A stretch of DNA of 64,000 bases, from the NCBI GenBank assembly GCA_951406725.2, contig OX597814.1:90334001-90398000 (forward strand). Reading direction: 5' to 3'. The stretch's first letter is position 1. Each line of letters opens with the position of its first letter. The DNA is from Octopus vulgaris (Eukaryota). The position numbers and the translations under genes are program-made. The notes below the pieces were generated by a model that did not search any database, was not told the origin of the DNA, and saw only the letters and a list, made by a program, of their open reading frames with translations. Positions 53,032 through 64,000 of the stretch are shown here, in pieces.

Positions 53032-53182
53032 AATATATATATATGTCAGCTGTGGGGACACGACTGTCACTACATAAACCTGATGACTGTGTATTCTTCG
53101 TATAGGTAGCTAATCAGTGGTCTCATAGGGTTTTGCTATCCCTGAATGAGGTATTTAAACTTTACATATTTTTATATATATA

Positions 53183-53566
53183 CTAGCAGTATCGCCCGGC
53201 GTTGCTCGGATTTGTTTCGACCCTTTAGAATTGGAATTTTTGAAAAGTAAAACTTTTGCATTATGTAACTTGTTATTCTCTTTAAGACAACATTTTTTTG
53301 GTTGAAATACACCGAAAAATGGCGACACAGCAGTCAAAAAATCGTACAAAATAGGGATTTTCATAGACAAAAAGCACATTTTTTATGTAAATAATTTTTG
53401 GTGTTAACACGGTCCGATTTGAATTATTTCTTCTACGGAAGAAGATCAAGCTTTCTTCTATCATACTCTCAATTTTGGTCAACATGCGCCGCAAGGTCTC
53501 GGAGGAGATAATGTTAGTTGAAGGCTACCAAACCTGCCATACACAGACAACTTCAGCTTTATATAT
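53183..53566 (-). mobile_element. Short non-autonomous Helitron
   Basis: Minus-strand 3' end ccgagcaacgccggg-cgatactg-CTAG (subterminal hairpin plus CTAG); inserted in a TA run. Confidence 0.7.
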
Positions 53567-53569
53567 ATA

Positions 53570-54906
53570 CTAGCAACATAGCCCGGCGTTGCCCGGATAT
53601 GTCAGAGCCCCTAGTAGGCAACGACTAATCCCAATCTAGTCCTTTCCCTCTAGGGAACGAAGGCGCATGTGTAGGTTGCAATGTCTTCTCTTCACTCGAA
53701 TACTTCTGTGTATACGATGTTCCTAGCTGTCCCTTTGGGCGAAAACATGAAAAATCATTGCGTGAACAGCCCACGTAGAGTTGACCGTGGGCGAAGCACT
53801 GTTCGCCCAAATGTAACCCAGCGACTTGTAGCATTTGGCCTTGGGATTTATTGGGTGGCATCTTGGTGGATAGCAATGTGTTTGGCAAAGGTTTAATGAA
53901 AAGGAACACGTGGGGTAAGTATCCCAAAATGTATAAAAATGTATAAAAACGGCAAAAAAGAGGGCAGCAATGTGAGTGACAACAACGAAAAAGTCAAAAG
54001 TGACCAAACTGAACAAACGAATGGAACACGACAAAAGCGGCTTATAATAAACCAAGTGTTTGCAAATAGCGTCCGAGGACCCTTAGGGTACGTCAAAAAT
54101 TTAAGGTAAAAGGTTTGGGGTGGTAATTATAGAGAAACTTTAAACAAAAAAAGTATTCGAATAACTTGCGGCTGCAGCAGCTATTAGCAGAAGTGGCGGT
54201 GTTGGGGGTAAAGTCTCGAATGTAATTTCTTCCTGGTATGAATTGATTGGGTTGAATTATCGATAGCTGTTTGATCGTGTAAGATTTGGGAGTGTAAGAG
54301 AGTTAAAAAGGTCGAGTTGCGTCCCCTAGACAGTATGTGGTTTGTGTTTAATACACAAATCGGTTTGCTATGTGTGCCACATATGATTTAATTAACCGAT
54401 TTTTTCCTGTAATAAAGTATCCTATTGGAATAAAAAGGGCCATATAGCTCCTTGGAGCAGACATGATGCTCGCAGTGAATTTAAAAAGAAATTCCTGCCA
54501 ATTTGTGAAAGATATTGTCGAAAATATGTCATCTTGAATTTGAACGCGATTTCCCAAAATGGCATGATTTTATCGATTTGTTCTGATGGTAAGGTATTGC
54601 ATGGAAAACTAAAGTCAGAATTAAGTTTCTTAGGGCAACATTAAGCTTCACCATGAGTTTGGTGAAAATCGATTGCAAGTTTCGAAAACTATAACAGAAA
54701 ATGTGTTGCATATAAAAAGCTTAGATTCTCGACCCCATGTCGAATTTATCAATTTTTTTCAGAACTGGGGGAACTTTTCAAAATTTTCGCTATGTGTGTG
54801 TTAAGTTTCATCAGAATCGGTTGAAAGCCGTGGTCAGGGTGAGGGTACAACCTGACAGAGACGCACATAGACACACACACAGTCAAACTGCCGTTTACAT
54901 AGAGAA

Positions 54907-54908
<2 letters not shown>
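53570..54908 (-). mobile_element. Non-autonomous Helitron with Pif1-like helicase C-terminal remnant
   Basis: NKSQGQMLQVAGLHLGEQCFAHGQLYVGCSR (RepHel helicase motifs), 3' hairpin plus CTAG, and a 5' TC-start end near 54905. Confidence 0.85.
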
Positions 54909-54978
<70 letters not shown>

Positions 54979-55020
54979 GTATACATAGATATATATAAAT
55001 ATATTTATACATGTATATAA

Positions 55021-55062
<42 letters not shown>

Positions 55063-55093
55063 TTACATATATACATATATAAATATATATACT

Positions 55094-55171
<78 letters not shown>

Positions 55172-55194
55172 AATATACTTGCATATATATATAT

Positions 55195-55657
55195 CTCTCT
55201 CTATATAAATGGCAGTTTGTCTGTCTGTGTGTCTGTGTGTGTGTCAGGTTGTACCCTCACCCTGACCACGGCTTTCAACCGATTCTGATGAAACTTGAAA
55301 CACACATAGCCCAATGTCATAATTCAAAACTAATGCAGCGAAAATTTTGAAAAGTTACCCCAGTTCTGAAATAATCGATAAATTCGACATGGGGTCGAGA
55401 ATCTAAGCTTTTTATATGCAACACATTTTCTGGGCTGTACGTGGGCTGTTCACGCGTTGGGAGGCGCAATGATGTTTTCATGTTTTCACCCAAAGGGACA
55501 GCTAGGAACATCGTATACACAGAAGTATTCGAGTGAAGAGAAGACATTGCAACCTACACATGCGCCTTCGTCCCTGGAGGGAAAGGACTAGATTGGGATT
55601 AGTCGTTGCCTACTAGGGGCTCTTACATACCCGGGCAACGCCGGGCTATGCTGCTAG
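55195..55657 (+). mobile_element. Internally deleted Helitron of the same family, opposite orientation
   Basis: 55197-55432 mirrors 54706-54905 and 55437-55657 mirrors 53570-53778; ends cccgggcaacgccggg-ctatgctg-CTAG. Confidence 0.85.
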
Positions 55658-55683
55658 TATATATATATATACATATATATATA

Positions 55684-55790
55684 TAGTTTCAGCTCAAAGC
55701 TGTGGCCATGCTGGGGCTCCGCCGTTTTGCTACACTGATATTTTTGAGAGCCTCCCCTAACATGTGGCATTTGGTGAGTAAGTGAGTAAG
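55684..55790 (-). mobile_element. CR1-group LINE 3' tip
   Basis: tagtttcagctcaaagctgtggccatgctggggctccgcc is the reverse complement of the LINE 3'UTR motif. Confidence 0.7.
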
Positions 55791-56738
55791 TGTTTTTGAT
55801 GTCGCTACTCACATTTGCACCACTTGTGACTATATGTAATTGTAGACATAGTCTTTTATCTAATTTTAATACGCGCCGATATTTTTTCATATTATTAAAT
55901 TCGTTGTATCAACATTTAGCTTCAATTACTCTATTTGTTTCTTTAGATATTATACCTTCTGATACATTGAATTGCTTAACATTTAAGCTTCTTTGTAAGT
56001 CTAAACAAAAATGGAAAATACATTTTTTTTTTCAAAAATCTAGCAATGAATGATCAGCAAAAATGCGAATATACATTTTAAAATGAAGTATTGACGCAGG
56101 TGGTTAGATTTTCAAAACTTTGCTTCCTTGGTTTTTCTATGCTGCGAGTATGGAAGAAATAGTTTGCAAAATGTAATGACGCAGAATATATAATAGAATC
56201 TCCCTTATTTGCTCTATAAATAAATTATTACCAGTGAACATGATATTTTCCCTCAAGATAAAATGGAAAATTTAATTACTTTGGCATGTTTGCACTATTT
56301 CCGGTTTCGTCAACTTGTTAAGGAAATTGTTTGTTGTTATAATATCTAGGAGGGAGAATGAAGTGTAAAAAGAGTTCAAACTCATGGTCTAAGACACAAG
56401 TGGTATGTGTTCAATTCATATAGACGCAGTTAGAATTATACTGCAAATGTATTTGAAGTGCTAATAAATATCTCAACCAAAAAATCCCTGTCCAAATGAC
56501 GTTGTCACTTCTGATGAAAGCGAGTATCTATGAAACCTCGAATAATAAGTTCCCTGTAATTTGTGTGCCAGCACGACATGGTAAAAATAACTGTTGAATT
56601 CTTAATAAATCAAATCTTACCTCTGAGGGTCGAAAGCGCTAGATATTGCCTGTCTGAAACTATTAATAACCACGACAGGAGTGTTTTTAATAGTATCATA
56701 TAATAATTATGATATGTTATAATTATATTATATTTGAT

Positions 56739-57140
56739 AAGGCGGCGAGCTGGCAGAAACGTTAGCACGCCGGGCGAAATGCTTAGCAGTATTACTTCTG
56801 CCGCTACGATCTGAGTTCAAATTCCGCCGGGTCGACTTTGCCTTTCATCCCTTCGGGGTCGATAAATTAAGTACCAGATACGCACTGGGGTCGATATAAT
56901 CGACTTAATCCGTCTGTCTGTCATTGTTTGTCCTCTTTGTATTTAGCCCCTTGTGGGTAGTAAAGAAATAGGTATTTCTTGTGTCTCCACGTTCTGAGTT
57001 CAAACGCCGCCGGGGTCGACTTTGCTTTTCGTCCTTTCAGGATCGATAAATTAAGTACCAGCTATGCACTGAGTTCTATGTAATCGACTGGTACCCACCA
57101 CTCCTGCAAAATTTCTGGCCTTGTGCCTATAGTCGAAAGG
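56739..57140 (+). mobile_element. Composite SINE (aggcggcgagctggcaga family)
   Basis: Full head, two gagttcaaa modules, and a ggccttgtgccta 3' part. Confidence 0.88.
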
Positions 57141-57631
57141 ATAATTATATTAAGGCCTTCTTGGAGATGAACAAAAACGTACCGCAACCAACCCACATTT
57201 GCGCGAGTATAAATGTATCATTAACCTACTATTTTCTAATTCTCCTCTTTATTCCTCTACTATATTTCTTAAGAAAATATGGATTTTACTATTAAGCAAG
57301 AAATCAATAATAATATACATAGCTACATCAGAGCAGAATATAGTTACCTACTTATTATCTCCTTCAAACAATTACAAGTTTTTGAATTGTAGCTGACTTA
57401 AATATGTCTCCACGGCCGGCTATTGATGAAAGAATTAACCACACATGCTCTTGGTGACCATCTGTAAATGTGTAGCCTATTTTCTGCAGAAACAGTAACA
57501 TTATCATATTTAATTGCCACATAAAAAAGTATGAAGACAAGTATATGTTCAATAGAATCAACATTACCTAGCTCGTCATAAATTTTCCGAAATTAAGAAG
57601 ACGAACAGTAACATCAATAGAATTGTGTGAA

Positions 57632-57679
<48 letters not shown>

Positions 57680-58440
57680 ACTGGACCGACTTGCCCTCCA
57701 GACACACTGGACCGACTTGCCCGAGATGCGGTCAGAGCGACGAAACCGTTCTGCACGCACTCGTGCAATGTCCAACCATTTCCGACCTGTGGGCTTATGC
57801 CGAACGGCTGCTGTCACGTGTGGGACGAATCCGCCTATCGGCCGAGTCTATCGTGAGAATTGCTCCGCCCCCTTCCCTCAACCGGGAAGGCAAGGCAGTT
57901 TTCATCGTACTGGTGGCCATGGTGAAAGAATGTGTGTGGTGGACTCGAGCGAAAGGATTAGAGACAAACACTTACCTCTCTGGCCATTCGCTCATCAACT
58001 TTTTCAAGTACCACTTGAAAAGGAAGGTGAGAATGGAGAGGGAAGTTTTGTCTCGCGAAAGATTCAATAAAAGATGGGTGAATGTTGCAAAGATGGTGCG
58101 TGCTAGTAACGAAACCATTTTGAGCATGATCCTGTAGATCGTAAAAAAGAAAGAAAGAGAGCATTTTTGACCTCATGTGTTTATTTCCTCCCTGACTGGG
58201 GTTCCCGTGGTCTTTTCTGTAGGCTTTTCTTCCCACGGATGAACCCAATCTTGTTATATCAATGTTTACACCATTATTTCTGTGATACACGATTTTCTTT
58301 TTTTCCTTTTTTTTTCCTCCTCTCGATCCCTTTTGATCGCAATCTTACATTTTTATTTTTTTCCACCCTCGAAAAGAAAAGCTCTGCATTTGTATTTGTC
58401 CCCTCTGTATTCAGCCCTGTGTGGCTAATAAAAGAAAGTT
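57680..58440 (+). mobile_element. Tx1/L1-clade element 3' end inserted in (CTAT)n
   Basis: CPRCGQSDETVLHALVQC...LW (zf-RVT CCHC motif), stop at 58137, T-rich 3'UTR with aataaa, and (TATC)n on both sides. Confidence 0.8.
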
Positions 58441-58496
58441 ATCTATCTATCTATCTATCTATCTATCATCTATCTATCTATCTATCTATCTATCTC

Positions 58497-58573
<77 letters not shown>

Positions 58574-58829
58574 TTATCTATCTTTCTGCCTGACTGTCTG
58601 TCTGTTTGTGAGTCTGTCTGCCAATCTGTCATCATGTCTGTCTGTCTACCTATCTGTCTGTCAGTCTGTCTGTTCCTCTACTTTTGTATCTAATTTTCGA
58701 GTGGCTGTCTCTAACTATTTATCTAATTATATACGTACACTCACACGTACACACACACGCGTGCATATTAGAACACAATTATAGTATTTGCAGTACTGTT
58801 GTTGCCTAGCAGGAGATAGTACAAATACG

Positions 58830-58870
<41 letters not shown>

Positions 58871-59000
58871 ATATTTATTTATATATATATATATATATAT
58901 TTATTTATTTATATATAAAATTGTTAAAGAGGACAAGAAACGCTAAGGCATGGCAAACATCTCAAGTCACAATACATTATTATTATTGGAAAAAATTCAA

Positions 59001-59058
59001 TGTCTTGCAGCTGTTTCTGGGGGGTCCCAGAGTATGGGTTATTCTGTCATCGGAGACA
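59001..59058 (-). ncRNA. Decayed hammerhead motif with CCGAUGA core
   Basis: UGUCU-CCGAUGA-...-GAAA-CAGCUG-CA-AGACA. Stem I is 5 bp with palindromic CAGCUG, but U16.1 is C. Confidence 0.5.
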
Positions 59059-59096
59059 AATACGCAAAATGAGAGGGGTATAGATTAATGAAATGG

Positions 59097-60363
59097 CGAC
59101 ATAGATGACAGAAGTAAAGGAATGAGATGACGAAAGAGAGAAAAAAAGAAGCATAAAAGTTTACAGTTCAACTTTCTGATGTTGTAGAAATAAGTCCATA
59201 AGCCCTTATGTGCAATCCTGCGTAAATCCATATTGGTTAAAGTTCTGATATTATAAACATCGAGAAAAAAGACGCGAACATATCAACGTTTCATAACAGA
59301 ATGTCAGCGGAGGTGGCTATTAAGTGGTACAAAGAAAGAAAAGTAAATAAATAGAAAGAGAGGTGAATTAAGTTAGAGGGAAGTTTAGGATTGGCTTCAA
59401 GGATAGAGTAAGGTATTTATACATATATTGTTTAATAATATAGTGTAAAAAGATAGCCAAGGGGATAAGAGTTGAGAAGGGGGTGGTAGAGGAAGATAAC
59501 GTATAAAATAAACAAATCAGAGCAAAATGAAAGGAATTCAAAAAGTGTAGTAGGTGCCAACGGTATCCTTCTAGTCTATAGTGGTTGTGGAGGAAATCTC
59601 GTACAAAATGCTTGGGTCCGTTCTGGCTAAGGTCAGTTAGGGCGGCGAGCTGGCAGAAACGTTAGCACGCCGGCCGAAATGCGTAGCCGTATTTTGTCTG
59701 TCGTTACGTTCCGAGTTCAAATTCCGCCGAGGTCGACTTTGCCTTTCATCCTTTCGGGGTCGATTAAAGAAGTACCAGTTACGCACTGGGGTCGATGTAA
59801 TCGACTTAATCCGTTTGTCTGTCCTTGTTTGTGCTCTTTGTGTTTAGCCCCTTGTGGGTAGTAAAGAAATATAAGGTCAGTGGCTGTAGAGTTATTTTTA
59901 GCAATGTGGTTATAGGTTTGTAGGTAGTCGTAAAGGGAATAACTAATTGAATGTTAAATTACTTCGGAATAGTTAGAATTAAATATTAGAGCATTTATTG
60001 GGTTAAGGTTTAAAAATAAGTTTTAAAAAAAATATTTATTTCATAAATTGATGAGGTAAGGTTGAATAGCACCCACATACAAACCTCCATGATCATTAAC
60101 ACATACCCCCTATATCTCTTCTATAAACCTCTTCTTTCTTTTTACCACTTAATAGCCACCTCCGCTGCCATCCTGTTATTAAACGTTGATATGTTCGCGT
60201 CTTTTTTTCTGGGTGTTTACAATATCAGGACTTTAACCCACATGGATTTATGCAGGATTGCACATTTCAACAACATCGGAAAGTTGAACTGTGGACTTTT
60301 ATGCTTCTTTTTTCTTCGCTTTCTTCATCTCCTTATTTCTCTACACCTGTCCTCTATGTTGTC
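59097..60363. repeat. Diverged ~240 bp inverted repeat (PLE-like fold-back)
   Basis: ~59097-59345 is the reverse complement of ~60128-60363, with one ~20 bp indel. Confidence 0.75.
59638..59871 (+). mobile_element. Full-length SINE with 10 bp TSD
   Basis: taaggtcagt occurs at 59628-59637 and 59872-59881. Confidence 0.92.
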
Positions 60364-60671
60364 ATATGTACATCACTTAAAAAGTTTTAAGTATTTCTTA
60401 AGTTTCATGTTCAAAAACAAATATTATATATATACACGCTGCAATAGTTCATATATTACATACACAGACACGCACATGCACGCACACATACATATCAAAT
60501 AACGAAGGAGGCTAAACGCTACATACAAAGAAAAATTAAATTGCCACTAACTGTGACTTAGGGTGCCGGGTAGCGCCTATATTGCGAGAAATAAGTGTTA
60601 AAAACACTTGGAGCCGCAAGAAAACCTTTTCATATACTGACAGAGGAGATAACCCACCCACAACGAGCGAG

Positions 60672-60724
60672 GTCATTATACTAGTCTTGTTTCATTTGAA
60701 GATTACAAGCTCATCGGTAGTGAC
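60672..60724 (-). ncRNA. Hammerhead-like motif with CCGAUGA core
   Basis: GUCACUA-CCGAUGA-gcuuguaaucuucaaau-GAAA-caagacuag-UA-UAAUGAC; stem I pairs 6 of 7. Confidence 0.5.
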
Positions 60725-61140
60725 TACTCCATAGCTGGATGGTTTGACTAAATATGAATTTATGTCTGATTCAGCAAAATGTTAATGAAAGAATTATAAA
60801 ATAACGAAGGAAGCAATATTAGAACAAAAATACGCAATATTAGAACAAAAACGAAAAATTCAGTTGTCACTAACTGTGATTGAAGGTGTCACACACACAC
60901 ACACACAACACACACACACACACACACACACAGACACACACACACACACACATGAATATATCTACACATATGTATACATATATGTGTGTACGTGAATAGA
61001 TTTCATGAAGCATTGTCGCATATGTATAAACGATTACCATTATATTTTTTAAACTCAAAACTATGCAATTTATAAAATAAAGCAGGTTGGTAGTATTACT
61101 TGGTATTTCAACATTTTGTGTGAGATCTCTTTTTTTGGAT

Positions 61141-61207
61141 ATCGTTGGTGAAGAGTTATTCCCTGATTTATGTGTCCTAAATCAGGGAATAACTTTTCTC
61201 CAACGAT
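61141..61207. other. 30 bp near-perfect hairpin
   Basis: Arms 61141-61170 and 61178-61207 with a 7 nt loop; one mismatch and one G-U pair. Confidence 0.85.
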
Positions 61208-62763
61208 TTCTTTAGGGAGAGGTCCTAAACCCAAACTATGGAGATACCTGTTAATACTATCAGCATATTTTATTTCATATATGTTATTTCTTTGACATTA
61301 AAGATAAAATTAAAAACGTGTGTATATACATACATATATGTTTATGTGAGAGCATGTGTGTATGTGTGTGTGTATGTGTGAGAGAGAGAGAGAGTTTGTT
61401 TCCATGTTCAGTTATAATAAAAACAATTTTACATTAACCTCATGAATTATTATATATTTTTGTAGAATAGAAGTAAACAAAATCAAAGTACAAGATAAAC
61501 AATTTTCTATACAAACAACACCATGACATGCTCGTGTAATAAGCCCCACCTCCCAAATAAAAACAGAAAAGGCAATGAATAACAATAACAACTAGTAAAA
61601 ATAACCTGTCAGCTAAATTACGCCATTTACTTATATACGTTTGTGAACTGAAAAATTCCATCGCAAAGTTGTTGACACACCCAGTTACTAAATTTTTAAA
61701 TACTGGACTAAACGTTGGACCTTTGGCATTTACATTGTCATAGCAAATCCTAATTCCAATGAAACCAAAAATAATGAAAACTGCTGACATAATTACTGGC
61801 CAAAGACCTCAACTAAATATCGACACCTGGTTACAATTTTTTACAACCACGAATAAATTCTAAACAATTACATGACACAAAATTAATTAAATTTTTCCCC
61901 AAATCTCTCCATAACAACTCACTCGCAAATCTAATTAACAGTCCACTCAAACCTGCATATCCAAGAAAGATGTGAACTCAGCCGAGACTATACAAAAATC
62001 AAGATTAATTTCGATGCATCCCATACCGACGATGGCTTCATTGGCTGAAACTTTGAAGGCAATATCTACAATATACTTTACTTGTTTATATATATATATA
62101 TATATAAGACTAATAAACATAGTATGACTTATTAATTTAATCAACAGGCTCCAATTTCTCAATTTGTGTTTTATTTTATTTTTCCAAAATATACAAGTAG
62201 ATAGAATATATATTTTTTCTTCGCACAAGTCTAACATAAGATAATCTAAATGGTCGAAATTGGTATTATTTCTCGAAAGCACACTATTGATCCTTGTTAG
62301 AATAAAGGCGTGAAGTCACATAGAAAATATGTGTGTATATAATGATTATTTCAAGAGATACCTAAATCCAAATTTAGCTCGGGATGAACAGTAGTAAATT
62401 ATTCTAAGAAGTATGTACATTGTTTTGTTTCCAACCCACTACATATATGATTCGGGGAATTTAAAAGAAAACAATTCAGTCTATTTTTTTCCGATTGTGT
62501 AGACGTTCCTTTTTGGTTTTATTGATCTCTGCTAATGGAAGGTTCTCATAGAGTTATTTTCAGTCGTGACTGCCGAACGGAAAATCGTAAGAAGAAAAGC
62601 AAAAAATTCTGAAACCACTTTTCAGATTAACATATGTGATAAAGTGCTAAGTTTAAACCAAAGATTTGCTCAAAACATTTTCTTATTAAAATGATGCTTT
62701 GGTAAGTTTCGCTCTTAAAGTGACTACAAATCCATTATCACATCAAGCTTCTGCAATATATTG

Positions 62764-63316
62764 TATTTTTGAGATAAAATAGGCAACATTTTGGTTGGAT
62801 AAAATTTAAAATTAGAATACGAACACGAAAATAGATTTGATAGAAGACTATACTGTGAATAAGAGTGCTTTTCTTTATATCGACACCTTACAATATTAAG
62901 TAAAGTATATTACGGATATTTGATATTTTAAAACAGTTTGATTTTATGTTAACTATTCACAGAGATGTTCAAATAATAAAATACAAAATCCCCAATATCG
63001 CACAATGTAAACAAAGTAAGAACATAATAAAGTTAATTTATTTTTGAGATAAAATAGGCAACATTTTGGTTGGATAAAATTTAAAATTAGAATACGAACA
63101 CGAAAATAGATTTGATAGAAGACTATACTGTGAATAAGAGTTCTTTTCTTTATATCGACACCTTACACTATTCAGTAAAGTATATTACGGATATTTGATA
63201 TTTTAAAACAGTTTGATTTTATGTTAACTATTCACAGAGATGTTCAAATAATGAAATACAAAATCCCCAATATCGCACAATGTAAACAAGGTAAGAACGT
63301 AATAAAGTTAATTTAT
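62764..63316 (+). repeat. 275 bp tandem duplication (2 copies)
   Basis: The unit starting tatttttgagataaaataggcaac occurs at 62764 and 63039, with only a handful of substitutions. Confidence 0.93.
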
Positions 63317-64000
63317 GTTTTAAGATGATAATTAGGATTACATGCCATAGTTGTACCAAGTATTAACTTCACATATTGCTTAATATTGGAACAGAAAATA
63401 TTGCCGACAACTTGTTTTAGACAAACAATTATAATAGATCTGGAAACACTCAAGTCGATATTATTAGCATAATATTGTGAAATGATTTCAACGCTATAAA
63501 CTCAGATGTACTTTCATGGTATTTGTTAAATACCATTTAACGTTATATTAAAATGATATAATTTCACGTTGGAAACATCTTCACTTCCATAACAATATAA
63601 CAAAAATACAATTTTTATGATCCTCAGATACAAATGCCTGCTATTTCTGAGAGATTAGAAGCCATAATAATAACTAGTCAGTAACTAAACGATAGTTTAT
63701 CATATTTCTGTCTATGGAATATATGATATTACTTTCAACACATTTATTTTACAATATTCACAAATCCTTGATTTCCTACTGATATAGATTGGCTGCATAG
63801 ACTGACATATTAGTGAAATTATAGATTAAAGTGGAGATATATAATGCATTACCAATTATCAATCGTTTATAGTCTTCCGCATTTCAAAAACGCAAGTGTA
63901 CTGCAGTAAGGTTACAGTGTGCGACATACATATAGCTCACATGCGTCCGTGTGCGCACGTAGACTTATAAATACATATGTAAACTTATACATGTAAGTGT

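Noticed and set aside
53079-53140. CTGATGA motif suggesting another hammerhead
   Set aside because: No GAAA follows the putative stem II.
56506-56552. CTGATGA...GAAA motif
   Set aside because: Stem II barely pairs and no UH is in register with a stem I; likely chance or too decayed to call.

Overview
This is AT-rich, repeat-saturated eukaryotic DNA. The SINE families, microsatellite load and transposon mix suggest a cephalopod (octopus-like) genome; that assignment is inference. I could not support any host protein-coding gene, and most ORFs in the track are translations of (TA)n/(CA)n/(CATA)n microsatellites. The window is a mosaic of mobile elements: a tail-to-tail pair of CR1-group LINEs (9.4-14.6 kb) plus older copies, RTE, R4/Dong-like and Tx1-like fragments sitting in specific microsatellites, tRNA-derived SINEs, mariner/Tc1 relics and three non-autonomous Helitrons. 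The main hidden structure is a set of Penelope-like element (PLE) 3' ends, many inserted in (TA)n. They show fold-back architecture (a 5' inverted copy of the 3' end) and carry about 11 recognisable type I hammerhead ribozymes, including U3-A8 covariant and CCGAUGA cores. The most unusual case is a ~5.8 kb PLE remnant (25460-31291) with ~1.9 kb near-identical inverted arms built mostly of simple-repeat mosaic, each arm carrying a hammerhead. All ribozyme structures and coordinates were read by eye and need computational and biochemical confirmation.
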